Below are positions 18,139 to 27,593 of a DNA stretch of 64,000 nucleotides, piece after piece. This stretch comes from Geopsychrobacteraceae bacterium (GTDB taxonomy: Bacteria; Desulfobacterota; Desulfuromonadia; Desulfuromonadales; Geopsychrobacteraceae). Below the pieces are notes generated by a model, which was not told the origin of the DNA, made no database searches, and saw only the letters and a list, made by a program, of their open reading frames with translations. The position numbers and the translations under genes are program-made. Location of the stretch: the NCBI GenBank assembly GCA_963676795.2, contig CAXXTB010000002.1, positions 2,016,001 through 2,080,000 of the forward strand, read 5' to 3'. How positions within the stretch are numbered: position 1 is the first letter of the stretch; every line of letters begins with the position of its first letter.

Positions 18139-18633
18139 CTACATAGTTATAAAACGCTTTTCCGTGACCCTGGACTTCGTGTATCTGTCGTACCCGGTTT
18201 CTTCAACAACAATCCTATCTGGATTTTTTTCAACCAAAAGACCATTCTCATCAGCGTCAACAGCTCTCGTTTCAATCTTGAGAACCTGTCCGCTTTTAAT
18301 CCCAATATAATCCCCCTCCTTGACTCTGTAGCTTCTGCCATCAGGGGTTGAAACCATGGCGTTAGGGACACCGTTGACAACAACAATCGCCATCAAACGG
18401 AACTGACTAAGCTCATACTTTTCGAGAGGGCCTTTCAATTTTTCCGGGCGATCGATATCGGGCTCAGCGATCTCTTCTTTTTCTTCAACGAGAGGCCGAA
18501 AAGGATCCCGCTTCCCTTCAGGATCGTATGTGTAGCTAGCCTCGTTAGATTGAATTCCCTCTGCATATGAATAAATCGGCGCAAATACAAGGGCAACGAA
18601 AAGAACTACAGCGAGGAAAGAAATACTTTTCAT
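18139..18633 (-). CDS. pilP: Pilus assembly protein PilP
   Basis: KRDPFRP, PLEKYELSQF, VKEGDYIG. Confidence 0.9.
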   Translation of the reverse strand: MKSISFLAVVLFVALVFAPIYSYAEGIQSNEASYTYDPEGKRDPFRPLVEEKEEIAEPDIDRPEKLKGPLEKYELSQFRLMAIVVVNGVPNAMVSTPDGRSYRVKEGDYIGIKSGQVLKIETRAVDADENGLLVEKNPDRIVVEETGYDRYTKSRVTEKRFITM

Positions 18634-19241
18634 TTCTTCTTACCTCCCTTTTTATTAGTCTCAGGCTCTGGTGGATTTTCTACAAAACGAAAGGTTACCG
18701 CGCGACAATCGATACTCACGACTGTGTTTCCATCTTTTTTCTTAGGATTATCCAAGGTAAGCCCCTGAATATTTACAATCCGCTCCATTTTACTGACAGA
18801 ATCGAAGAACACAGCGGCCTCATGATAAGATCCGGTCAACTTAAGCTCGACAGGGACTTCAGCATAAAATCCTTTTGCCTGTTCACCCACAGGTTTAAAT
18901 CTCAGGATATCCAAACCCTTATCTCTCGCCAAATCAGCAATATTTGTCAAAAGACTTGGAATCTCCTGCTCCAGAGGCAATTCACCTAGAGCCTTGTCAA
19001 GCTGCAACTGCATTTTTTCGTATTCGGCCTTATATACAGAAAAGTTGTTTGCGATCTTCTGATTCTTTTGCAATTGAACCTGGGCAGCGTCTTTGCGCGA
19101 TATAAGCTTTTTATGCTCTTCCAACTGGTTTTTATAGAATGCAAAATAAAAACCAGCAATGATCAGCAAAAGGACAACTACCACGATCAAAAAACGCTGA
19201 TATACCGGCATATTGAGAATTTTTTCGACACGTGCATTCAT
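18630..19241 (-). CDS. pilO: Pilus assembly protein PilO
   Basis: EIPSLL, FYAEVPV, GSYH, ERIVN; ATG at 19241 preferred. Confidence 0.92.
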   Translation of the reverse strand: MNARVEKILNMPVYQRFLIVVVVLLLIIAGFYFAFYKNQLEEHKKLISRKDAAQVQLQKNQKIANNFSVYKAEYEKMQLQLDKALGELPLEQEIPSLLTNIADLARDKGLDILRFKPVGEQAKGFYAEVPVELKLTGSYHEAAVFFDSVSKMERIVNIQGLTLDNPKKKDGNTVVSIDCRAVTFRFVENPPEPETNKKGGKKK

Positions 19242-19242
19242 A

Positions 19243-19809
19243 TCAGATATCCTGTTTCTTTTCAGGTGCAGGTTTTTCAACATTGCACTTCAACGAAAAC
19301 TTCTGCATTTTCATGTCTGACACAGTTGTCTGCTCCGTGACTGCCAATTTTATATTTCGGTAATACGAAGACGCCTCAAGCTTCTCCATAAATTCAGCCA
19401 CCGTATTCTCGCTGTCAGCCAAACCTGCGATATCAATATTGCCACTTTTCTCTGAAAATTTAGTAATCCACAAACGCTCAGGTAATGATTCGGAAAGATC
19501 ATCCAGTAAGTGGACAGGACCGAACTTATCCTCTTTCAGCTTATTTAATACGTTAAGTTTCTTCTCAAGATCAGCCTTCTTATTTTCAAAATCCTTAACT
19601 TGCCCGATCTTCTTTTTCAACTCCTGGTTTTTCTTATCTATTTGCGAAATTTCCACTTTTATTGAATTCTGCGCAGACTGCTCTTGAATATAAAGACCTG
19701 CACAGCCGATACAAACAAGAATAATGCAAAGAGCAAGAATTGATATTTGGGCACGCAGCTTCTGTTTTTTTTGCGCAGCTCTGACAGGCAGGAGATTAAT
19801 ACGGATCAT
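19243..19809 (-). CDS. pilN: Pilus assembly protein PilN
   Basis: MIRINLLP N-terminus followed by a TM helix. Confidence 0.93.
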   Translation of the reverse strand: MIRINLLPVRAAQKKQKLRAQISILALCIILVCIGCAGLYIQEQSAQNSIKVEISQIDKKNQELKKKIGQVKDFENKKADLEKKLNVLNKLKEDKFGPVHLLDDLSESLPERLWITKFSEKSGNIDIAGLADSENTVAEFMEKLEASSYYRNIKLAVTEQTTVSDMKMQKFSLKCNVEKPAPEKKQDI

Positions 19810-20864
19810 TTGTCACCTACCTTTCTCATTGCCAACCCGGTCGCCACAGAAAACATAGGACCGATCGCATCCAGATATTCCCGATCAAACTCTTTTTCGT
19901 TGATCTTAAGGTTCCTGAAAGGATCTACTTTTTCAACAACGATCCCCATTTTGTTTTCCAGAGCCTTTACGACTTTTTCTGATGAGGAAAGCCCTCCGGT
20001 TAAGAAAACCTTCGAAATTTTATCCTCGCTGGAATTGGCGGCAAAAAAGTCAAGGGAGCGCTGAACTTCATGAACCAGATTTTCAATTGCATCACTCAAG
20101 ACATCGTTAACACTTTCAGGATCAACATCAACTAGGTCAACATCACCTAACTTTACAGTTTCAGCATCTTCGTTGCTAAGGCCAAGGCGCTTTTGCAATT
20201 CTTCATTCAGCAAATTACCACCGACTTGAATATCCCGGGTAAAGACAGATGTATTACCCCGCATCACATTGACACTTGTTGCGGTTGCGCCAAGGTCAAC
20301 AAGAGCGACAAGTTCATTCTCAACAAAGCCATAGTTGTAATCGAACATGTTTTCAACGGCAAAGCAGTCAACATCCATGACCATTGGCTCAAGACCAGCC
20401 TCAGTGAAAACAGCCGAATAATCATCTACGAAATCTTTTTTTGCAGCGACGAGAACCACATTCATCTGCGATGGATCTTTTGGATCTTCACCGAGAATCT
20501 GAAAGTCCAAGTTAACTTCAGACACATCAAAAGGAATGTATTGCTCGGCTTCCCACTGGATTGAAGACTCCAGCTCAGCTTGAGACATGACAGGAAGGGT
20601 TATTTTGCGGATGATAACTGAATGGCCAGAGATCGAAGTCGCGACTTGCTTCGTCTTGATTTTCATAGCCGTGAGCAGATTACGGATAGCCTGAACAACA
20701 GCCGTCGAATCCATAATCGTGTTGTCAACAATAGTCTCCGGCGCTAACGGCATGATGCCGATATTTTCCAGAGAATATGTCCCTCGAGATTCGAGCAAGC
20801 GCACAAGCTTGACAGCACTCGTCCCGACATCAATACCGATAACATTCTTTTTCGAGGCGAACAT
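19806..20864 (-). CDS. pilM: Pilus assembly protein PilM
   Basis: IGIDVGTSAVK, EAEQYIPF, VATGLAMR. Confidence 0.95.
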   Translation of the reverse strand: MFASKKNVIGIDVGTSAVKLVRLLESRGTYSLENIGIMPLAPETIVDNTIMDSTAVVQAIRNLLTAMKIKTKQVATSISGHSVIIRKITLPVMSQAELESSIQWEAEQYIPFDVSEVNLDFQILGEDPKDPSQMNVVLVAAKKDFVDDYSAVFTEAGLEPMVMDVDCFAVENMFDYNYGFVENELVALVDLGATATSVNVMRGNTSVFTRDIQVGGNLLNEELQKRLGLSNEDAETVKLGDVDLVDVDPESVNDVLSDAIENLVHEVQRSLDFFAANSSEDKISKVFLTGGLSSSEKVVKALENKMGIVVEKVDPFRNLKINEKEFDREYLDAIGPMFSVATGLAMRKVGDK

Positions 20865-20911
20865 GCGTTATCCCATCCCCTGATTGTTCGAATTTACAGT
20901 TATGAAACAAG

Positions 20912-21115
20912 CTATTGTTCAGGAAAAACCTTTGCTCTGTCTGATAGCTTCAAACCCAATGCCAATATAATTTTACGCATTGTCTCAAGCCTGCATGGAT
21001 GACCACCTTCGATCCGCGATATCGTCAAAGGAGACACATCCGCCTTTCTTGCAAGCTCAGCCTTGCTCATCAGCATAGACTCACGTAACTTCTTGACGTT
21101 GTTCATCTGCATCAT
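20912..21115 (-). CDS. XRE-family HTH regulator heading pilMNOPQ
   Basis: MSKAELARKADVSPLTISRIE. Confidence 0.88.
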   Translation of the reverse strand: MMQMNNVKKLRESMLMSKAELARKADVSPLTISRIEGGHPCRLETMRKIILALGLKLSDRAKVFPEQ

Positions 21116-21155
21116 TAAACCTTATCGAAGCTAATTTATAATCAAATTGTATCTA

Positions 21156-21183
21156 ATTATAGGTCTATGACGTATCTTGTCAA
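21156..21183 (-). promoter_or_regulatory. Consensus sigma70 promoter for HTH-pilMNOPQ
   Basis: TTGACA-N16-TATAAT. Confidence 0.75.
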
Positions 21184-21263
21184 GAAGTATAGCGTTTACC
21201 AATTAATTAATAACAAAAAACAAAGATGGATGCAATCTAATAAGATATCACAAATAAATCTTT

Positions 21264-22040
21264 TCAGAGCAGGCTAAGGTACCAGTCAATAATCATCTGC
21301 CCCCAAAAAAGATAGATAAGAGCAGCCGCAGCCAAAAAAGGTCCAAAGGGAATAACGAAGCGCGTATCACCCTTCTGAATAAGCATAGCAGGAACACCGA
21401 CAACCGTACCCAACAGAGATGATAAAAAAACAACTGGCAATATGGCTTTCCACCCCAAAAATGCTCCGATCATAGCCAAAAGCTTAATATCGCCGCCGCC
21501 CATACCTTCTCGTTTTGCAATTTTTTCATACAGATAGGCGATTACAAAAAGGATTCCGCCACCTATCAGAATACCGAGTAAAGAATCCAGCCAACTGAAC
21601 CAGGGAATAAAAAAAGAGCAGATAAAACCAATAACAATACCGGGAAGACTGATAACATCGGGAATGATCTGATGATCGTAATCGATAAAGGTAATCGTCA
21701 CCAGCACCGCAGCAAACAACCAGTAAATCAAGGTTGCCGTACTGAAGCCGAAATAATAGAGAACCAGCACAAAAAGTAGCCCCGTCAAAGCTTCGATGGC
21801 AGGATAGCGCGCGGATATCCTTATCTTACAGGAGGAACACTTGCCGCGAAGAAAGAGATAACTGAGAATCGGGATATTTTCGTACCAACGGATCGCATGT
21901 CCGCACCCGGGGCAAGACGATGGTGGCGAGATAATCGAATTGCCGACGGGAATGCGGTAGATACAGACATTCAGGAACGAGCCGATAACAGCGCCGAGAA
22001 CAAAGGAAAACGCCATTAATATTAAATACTCAAACTTCAT
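21264..22040 (-). CDS. pilD: Prepilin peptidase/N-methyltransferase
   Basis: GSFLNVCIYRIP, two CxxC pairs, GMGGGDIKL, PFGPFL; ATG at 22040 preferred. Confidence 0.96.
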   Translation of the reverse strand: MKFEYLILMAFSFVLGAVIGSFLNVCIYRIPVGNSIISPPSSCPGCGHAIRWYENIPILSYLFLRGKCSSCKIRISARYPAIEALTGLLFVLVLYYFGFSTATLIYWLFAAVLVTITFIDYDHQIIPDVISLPGIVIGFICSFFIPWFSWLDSLLGILIGGGILFVIAYLYEKIAKREGMGGGDIKLLAMIGAFLGWKAILPVVFLSSLLGTVVGVPAMLIQKGDTRFVIPFGPFLAAAALIYLFWGQMIIDWYLSLL

Positions 22041-22053
22041 AATAATGTATTGA

Positions 22054-24030
22054 TCAGTCAGAAATCCACACAGCATCATAGCTGTTTCTCATCCTAACTG
22101 CAGAGAAAATTTTCTTAGAAATCAAGCCATCAAGATCTTCTGCAGCTGCTAGTATATTCTTTCTTTCAAAAGGATCTGCTAATACATCATACAACTCCGC
22201 TTCTTTTCGGCCAAATAGATATATCAATTTTTCCCCTGAAGAATCAACATGAGTCAGACAATAATCCTCATAATAACAGCTAGTAATTAACTCTTTATGC
22301 CCCTCAGGATGCTCAAAGATATCTATTCCAGGAAGTATGCCGTCGATCCGGACACCCGCCAAAGCTAAAACGGTCGGCAATATATCAAGATGCTGGTGAA
22401 GACCAGATATCCGGGATGGTGTCGCCAACCCGCCAGGAGGAACGATAATTAAAGGAACACGCATCCCTTCATTGTATGCGGTTCCGTTATGGGCTATCTG
22501 ACCATGTTCACCGAAACCCTCTCCGTGATCACCAGTAATAATTACATACGTGTTTTCTAGAAGTCCCCTACGATCCAAACGCTCTACAAGTTCCCTCAAA
22601 AGAGTATCGCTATACGACAATGCCTGCAGATACGCTTGATGGGCTTCGTCAACTGACGCTATCGGCTCGACATTTCCAGGAGAAGCATATGGATGGTGCG
22701 TTACAACCGTAAGCATCGAAGCAAAAAACGGAATATTATTCTGTCTCCGCGAGGAGATCCACTCGACTATCGGATCAATCAGCGCCCGATCATCCATCCC
22801 CAAATAGCCAAGCTGCTCCCAGTCGGCCCCAACAAAATCATCCTGGGTCGTAAAATGATCGAACTTTAAATTTTCAAGCAACTGTTTCCTGTTTTCAAAT
22901 TCAGCCGGTGCCGCCTGAAAATGAGCACTTGCATATCCGGCCTGCCCGAGCAATTCGGGGAGACACTGAAGATCGGAAAGTCCACCGACCTCTCCCTCCA
23001 GGATTTCCGGGTCAAAACGGGGGAACACACCACAATAGAGACCGACCAGAGCCTTGGAGGTATGAGGTATGGTCGTGTACGCCTGATCGATAACATACCC
23101 CTGCTCCGCATACTGATCAATAAAGGGAGTATGTGACTCTTCCTCCCCCAACTGATCGGCATAGACCCCCACAGCGTCGGCACGGATCGACTCCAGGACA
23201 ATCATCAGAACATTCGGTTTTACCCCCGTTTTTTCGGGTTCCACATGATCGATACGGTAGACCTCTTCATAACCCGCCTTGTTGCGGTATGTTTCAAACT
23301 CCAGCCTACCCACGGCATTGCCAACTGTCGCTCCGGAGAGAATTCCCATCGACCAACCCTGTCTGGCTGACGAGTTCCAGGCCAGCTGCTTATCGGTCAT
23401 GTTCAGGTATGCCCCCTGATAAAGACGCCCCTTCTCGTGAAAAGGTGTAGGTCGAGACAGTTCACGTTGAAAATGAAGATCGGTAGCATAGGAGACCGAA
23501 AGGAAGAAGAGCGGAAGCACCAACGTAACATAAGCGGAATACCTGATCACAGAACGCATACTTTGCAAGGCAGTCACAACAAAACACAGAAAAGCCAGCG
23601 TCTGCAACAGGGGTTTAAAGGTTGAAAAGCTGAACTCGCCCGAGGCGACTGAAAAAAACGAGGAAGCCTCACGAATACCCAGCTCAATGAGGGGAAGGTT
23701 AAGGATCTCCCCGGTTTTAATAAATAAAATCTGCGCAAGAACAGCGAAAACAATGATCAACAGAGCAACAAACAGGAAAAACCAGGATACGGCCTTACGA
23801 AGCCGGGTATTATTACACAGCATCAACAACATTTTATAGAACAGGAGCATCAGGCAGACAATGCCGACATCGGTCAACCCGGCCCCAAAAGCCAGAGAGG
23901 TATCCCACTCCGCATTGACGAGCGGTCGCTCAATCGTCAGGAACACAAGCAATGATGCCAGCGCTAGATAGACGCGAAAAACAAATGAAGAAAGGCAGCA
24001 ACGCCACATATCAACAAACTTTCTTTTCAT
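22054..24030 (-). CDS. Membrane-anchored LTA synthase/sulfatase-superfamily phosphotransferase
   Basis: About 5 N-terminal TM helices, NVLMIVLES, YTTIPHTSKAL (Thr nucleophile rather than CxPxR), THHPY, GDHGE, HLDILPT. Confidence 0.8.
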   Translation of the reverse strand: MKRKFVDMWRCCLSSFVFRVYLALASLLVFLTIERPLVNAEWDTSLAFGAGLTDVGIVCLMLLFYKMLLMLCNNTRLRKAVSWFFLFVALLIIVFAVLAQILFIKTGEILNLPLIELGIREASSFFSVASGEFSFSTFKPLLQTLAFLCFVVTALQSMRSVIRYSAYVTLVLPLFFLSVSYATDLHFQRELSRPTPFHEKGRLYQGAYLNMTDKQLAWNSSARQGWSMGILSGATVGNAVGRLEFETYRNKAGYEEVYRIDHVEPEKTGVKPNVLMIVLESIRADAVGVYADQLGEEESHTPFIDQYAEQGYVIDQAYTTIPHTSKALVGLYCGVFPRFDPEILEGEVGGLSDLQCLPELLGQAGYASAHFQAAPAEFENRKQLLENLKFDHFTTQDDFVGADWEQLGYLGMDDRALIDPIVEWISSRRQNNIPFFASMLTVVTHHPYASPGNVEPIASVDEAHQAYLQALSYSDTLLRELVERLDRRGLLENTYVIITGDHGEGFGEHGQIAHNGTAYNEGMRVPLIIVPPGGLATPSRISGLHQHLDILPTVLALAGVRIDGILPGIDIFEHPEGHKELITSCYYEDYCLTHVDSSGEKLIYLFGRKEAELYDVLADPFERKNILAAAEDLDGLISKKIFSAVRMRNSYDAVWISD

Positions 24031-24929
24031 AACCCATCGCCCCTAACGGCACCATCGACAACCTTGAGGAAATAATCCTCCAGGCTTTTACGTTGCGGTT
24101 CAATTTTTTCGATCTCCTGGCCGGAAGTGACGGCCTGATGCAATTTCGCCTGAAGTTCCCCCTTCAGGACCAGCTCTTTTTGCAGATTCCCGACAGCGTC
24201 ACGCAGACATATCTCAACCTTGGGTGAAGAAGCCTCCAGAAGATGATCGACCCGCTCTTCCACACGCAGCTTTCCGGCAACAATGATCCCCAGCCGGTCA
24301 CAGATCAGCTCGACATCTGTGGTTATGTGCGTGCTGAAAAAGATACTTTTGCCGCGACGCTTCAAATCAAGAATGATCTCTTTCACCAACGCGCGGCCCA
24401 TCGGATCCAGGCCACTCATCGGCTCGTCAAAGATATACAGCTCAGGATCATGAACAAGGGTCTGGGCTATGCCCAGGCGCTGGACCATTCCCTTGCTGTA
24501 GGTTCGCAAAGCCCTGTCTGCAGCAGTCTCCAAACCAACCATTTCCAAGGCACGGCCGACAGCGCCGTCGATCTCCGCCTTGCCATGCAGAAAGCATCCG
24601 GCGACGAATTTCATCAATTCCCGTCCGGTTAAAAAATCGTAGAAGCTTGGGTTCTCCGGCAGATAGCCGAGGTCGCGCCTTGATGCTGCGGAACCGGAGC
24701 GTTGCCCCAACACCGTGGAGTACCCGGCCGTAGGCCGGATCTGCCCGGTAAGAAGCTTGATCGTCGTACTCTTTCCGGCACCGTTCGGCCCCAGAAAACC
24801 GAACACCTCCCCCGCGTAAAGAGAAAGATTCAGGCCATCCAGAGCCTGTACGGTCTTTTTAAGCTTACGGTAAACCTTGCTCAATTCACATGCCTGCAAC
24901 ACTACCCGTTCAGTCACCGGAGTCTCCAT
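24027..24929 (-). CDS. xapD: ABC transporter ATPase (XapD/PilH-like)
   Basis: GPNGAGKST, YSKGM, DEPMSGLDP; downstream of pilA. Confidence 0.85.
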   Translation of the reverse strand: METPVTERVVLQACELSKVYRKLKKTVQALDGLNLSLYAGEVFGFLGPNGAGKSTTIKLLTGQIRPTAGYSTVLGQRSGSAASRRDLGYLPENPSFYDFLTGRELMKFVAGCFLHGKAEIDGAVGRALEMVGLETAADRALRTYSKGMVQRLGIAQTLVHDPELYIFDEPMSGLDPMGRALVKEIILDLKRRGKSIFFSTHITTDVELICDRLGIIVAGKLRVEERVDHLLEASSPKVEICLRDAVGNLQKELVLKGELQAKLHQAVTSGQEIEKIEPQRKSLEDYFLKVVDGAVRGDGL

Positions 24930-25791
24930 GCTTGGTATCTGACTTGTATTTCAAGGCGAAATTGCTCGTCGAACGAACCCGCCCCTGATCATCGAGAAAA
25001 AATCGCCCTCCGTAAGGATCGGCAGGCGCATCCGGAAGCAGCCCCTCGCGCATCAGGTCCTCAAGCGACCCGGGCAGATGCCCCCATCGCTCACGATAAG
25101 CGGCGACGGCAAGGTTGATGCGCTGGACAGACTCCAGGGCCACGCGCCGCATCCGATACAACTCCGCTTCACGTCGCGTATGGCTGAACTCTTCCATGCG
25201 CCGCAGAAACCTGATCGCCAGCTCGACATTGCCCGATTCGTAAAAATAGCGTGACGCCAATCTGGCCATTGCCGCACTCTCGCCAACCTCCGCGGCGCGG
25301 GACATGTAGCGGCTGGCCGCGTCATAATCGTGCAGAAAATAAGCGGCGTTGAACCCGGCAAAAAAAGGGAGCATCTTATCCCAGGACCGATGCTGCATGC
25401 CAAATTCAAGCATCTCGTTCACCTTGCGGTACTGCCCGACATCCCAGGTGAAGATAGCCTGGGTGAAGTAATAGGGGTCGGCATTATAGGGATCCAGGCG
25501 GGTCGCCGAGTTCAACAGTCGGTACATACTGTCATAATCGGCCCCCTGCTGAATCTGGTTTCGCCACCGGTCGACCAGATGGCCGAAATAGAACATCACC
25601 TTGAGGTTCAATAATGCGGCAACGCTCTGCCGGTGTTCGCCGCCAACCAGTTTCAGGAAATCGGCGTTCGGGACAAACCCCAGACGGACCGCAACAGGCC
25701 TGTTTTTTGCCGATTCTGTAATCCCATGATTCAGACAGACCATAGAGAGGAACAGGCAGACCAGAACGGCGGCAATCAAAACAGGCTTCAT
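24910..25791 (-). CDS. Pilin-locus TPR-like protein (XapC/PilG-like)
   Basis: ATRLDPYNADPY, PADPYGGRF; lies between the ABC permease and ATPase. Confidence 0.7.
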   Translation of the reverse strand: MKPVLIAAVLVCLFLSMVCLNHGITESAKNRPVAVRLGFVPNADFLKLVGGEHRQSVAALLNLKVMFYFGHLVDRWRNQIQQGADYDSMYRLLNSATRLDPYNADPYYFTQAIFTWDVGQYRKVNEMLEFGMQHRSWDKMLPFFAGFNAAYFLHDYDAASRYMSRAAEVGESAAMARLASRYFYESGNVELAIRFLRRMEEFSHTRREAELYRMRRVALESVQRINLAVAAYRERWGHLPGSLEDLMREGLLPDAPADPYGGRFFLDDQGRVRSTSNFALKYKSDTKHGDSGD

Positions 25792-25793
25792 GC

Positions 25794-26591
25794 TCAGACC
25801 TCGCGCCGTGTGAACAGGACAGAGGCAATGCCCAGCACAAAGACAATATAGACGATCCCGTACAGTGCGGAGAGCAAGAGATCATGTGCCGGAAGCTCCA
25901 GGCTGTAGGTCGCGTAGACCTGGAAATCAAAGACAGAGAAATTCGGCAGTAAAAAATACAGCCCCTTGACAACCCAGACAAAGAGGTCCGAATACCTGTC
26001 TGTTCCCTGCAGGACATACTCATAAACCTGCCTCGAGGCACTCCCGACCAGATAGATGGCAAAGGTTCCGAACACGGGCAGAAAGAACGACGTGCTGAGG
26101 ACCGACAGCAGGTAAGAAAAGGAGAGCAGCAGCAGATACTTGAGACCGACCATCCCGTAAGCCAGGTAAAAGCTCAGCCACTCAACTGCTTTATCGCTTC
26201 GATACTGCTGGGCCAGGATCAGAATGCAGCAACTGCTGACAAGCGCCAGAACCAGAACAATGACAAGCATGAATATGGCCAGGGCCGCGTACCTGGCCAG
26301 GACATAGCTTTTCCGCGATATCGGCAGGGTTAAAAGGGGAATGACATGCCGACGGTTGAGATCGTTCCAGATGGAGGTCGAGCCGAGAAAGACGACCAGA
26401 ACCAGCAGGAAGACGCTGGTGCAGGAAAAGGACAGGGTGATCGCCAGCTGCTGGACCTGGCGCATCGAGAACTGGCTGACAAGAGGCAGCGAAAATACCA
26501 TCAGCAACGAGACAACGAACAGGCTCCAGAGGACCTTATCCCTTATCAGGCCAACACCAAAGAGCCTTACCTGTACAATAAACGCCGCCAT
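25794..26591 (-). CDS. ABC-2 type permease (XapB/PilI-like)
   Basis: Six hydrophobic segments, LTLPISRKSYVLARY, LLPNFS; ATG at 26591 preferred. Confidence 0.8.
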   Translation of the reverse strand: MAAFIVQVRLFGVGLIRDKVLWSLFVVSLLMVFSLPLVSQFSMRQVQQLAITLSFSCTSVFLLVLVVFLGSTSIWNDLNRRHVIPLLTLPISRKSYVLARYAALAIFMLVIVLVLALVSSCCILILAQQYRSDKAVEWLSFYLAYGMVGLKYLLLLSFSYLLSVLSTSFFLPVFGTFAIYLVGSASRQVYEYVLQGTDRYSDLFVWVVKGLYFLLPNFSVFDFQVYATYSLELPAHDLLLSALYGIVYIVFVLGIASVLFTRREV

Positions 26592-26613
26592 AATCTCTCT
26601 TCCGATTCCAATT

Positions 26614-26641
26614 AAAAAAGGGCGAGTAAACCCGCCCTTTT
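26614..26641 (-). terminator. Terminator after pilA-N/pilA-C
   Basis: GGGCGGG-TTTA-CTCGCCC followed by TTTTTT. Confidence 0.8.
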
Positions 26642-26692
26642 CATGTACACATCCAGCATCAAACAATCAGTTAGTTTCGTGCTAAAACACCA

Positions 26693-27022
26693 TCAGGAGG
26701 CATCAGCATCCGCTGCGGCCGCTTGAATTTCACCGTCAGTTGGGTGGTCACCAGCTACCGCAGTAGAGTCATCGATAGTAGCAGACTCAGAGCCCGAGGT
26801 ATAGATCTTGGTCCCTTGGGAATGACCGGCAGCGACAATATAGGAGGCCTGGTCGGTCGAGGTATCTGCAGTCAACAAAACATTGGTCGAGGTTACGTAG
26901 TCGGACAACAGGTCGCTATCAGCAACGGTGGTACCATCCTCATCAAAATCGGTCGCGGCGATGGCACTTACGGACAGGCCAAGAACAAACATCATCACCA
27001 GAAAAATAGAAATCTTTTTCAT
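26693..27022 (-). CDS. PilA-C-like secreted partner of the short pilin
   Basis: Signal peptide MKKISIFLVMMFVLGLSVSAIA, GGGAGAG RBS, SYIVAAGHSQGTKIY motif; 19 nt after the pilA-N stop; true start 27022. Confidence 0.75.
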   Translation of the reverse strand: MKKISIFLVMMFVLGLSVSAIAATDFDEDGTTVADSDLLSDYVTSTNVLLTADTSTDQASYIVAAGHSQGTKIYTSGSESATIDDSTAVAGDHPTDGEIQAAAADADAS

Positions 27023-27041
27023 GTTCAACTCTCCCATATCC

Positions 27042-27263
27042 TTAAATAGCTGTATATTCTTGATTGTCGGCAAAATCGGCTTCCATGGTTGTCTTGAAAT
27101 TACGGACATCGCTGGCAGCAGCAGAATCATAGGCACGCTCACGATAAGCGGCAAACTGAGGGATGGCGATGGCAGCCAGAATACCAATGATCGCAACAAC
27201 GATCAGCAGTTCGATCAGGGTAAAACCCTTTTGGTCCTTACGGAACTTTTTCAGCATGTTCAT
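27042..27263 (-). CDS. pilA: Short Geobacter-type major pilin PilA-N (60-aa mature)
   Basis: KG|FTLIELLIVVAIIGILAAIAIPQFAAYRERAY...; RBS spacing favours the ATG at 27257. Confidence 0.95.
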   Translation of the reverse strand: MNMLKKFRKDQKGFTLIELLIVVAIIGILAAIAIPQFAAYRERAYDSAAASDVRNFKTTMEADFADNQEYTAI

Positions 27264-27337
27264 GTCTCCTTTTTAGTTGTGTTCTGCGATGACCCTACGT
27301 GGCCAAAGCTCATTTCCATCTGCTTGCATCAATATAG

Positions 27338-27354
27338 AGCAAGCGATATGCCAA
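27338..27354 (-). promoter_or_regulatory. Sigma54 promoter of pilA
   Basis: TTGGCATATCGCTTGCT = GG-N10-GC; the upstream gene is a sigma54 activator. Confidence 0.85.
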
Positions 27355-27524
27355 CCGTTCTTTCATGTGAGATCTTTTATCACAATTATTTAACCATGTA
27401 CATTAAAAAAAACAAACTACTTATTTTATTACGTTTTTTTTATGCTTATAGCACATGAACATATGGCATTCACATCGTGCCGGAAGTGAAAAGAACATAT
27501 ACCCTATCTGAATCTTAAAAAAAC

Positions 27525-27562
27525 TGACATTTTGCGTCACACGATGTGACAAATTTTGTCAC
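27525..27562. promoter_or_regulatory. Paired palindromes, probable PilR enhancer sites
   Basis: TGAC-N7-GTCA at 27525 and 27547, 22 bp apart. Confidence 0.7.
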
Positions 27563-27593
27563 TTCATACAGAACAGAAGATTCTACCGTCTAT

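Noticed and set aside
20865..21263. GEMM-I/cGAMP riboswitch upstream of pilM or in other intergenic regions
   Set aside because: No GEMM-like P1/P2 consensus found by eye; a covariance-model search is needed to exclude it
26693..27199. 168-aa ORF or frameshifted full-length pilin
   Set aside because: The upstream extension overlaps pilA-N out of frame; pilA-C has its own RBS and signal peptide, matching the known split arrangement
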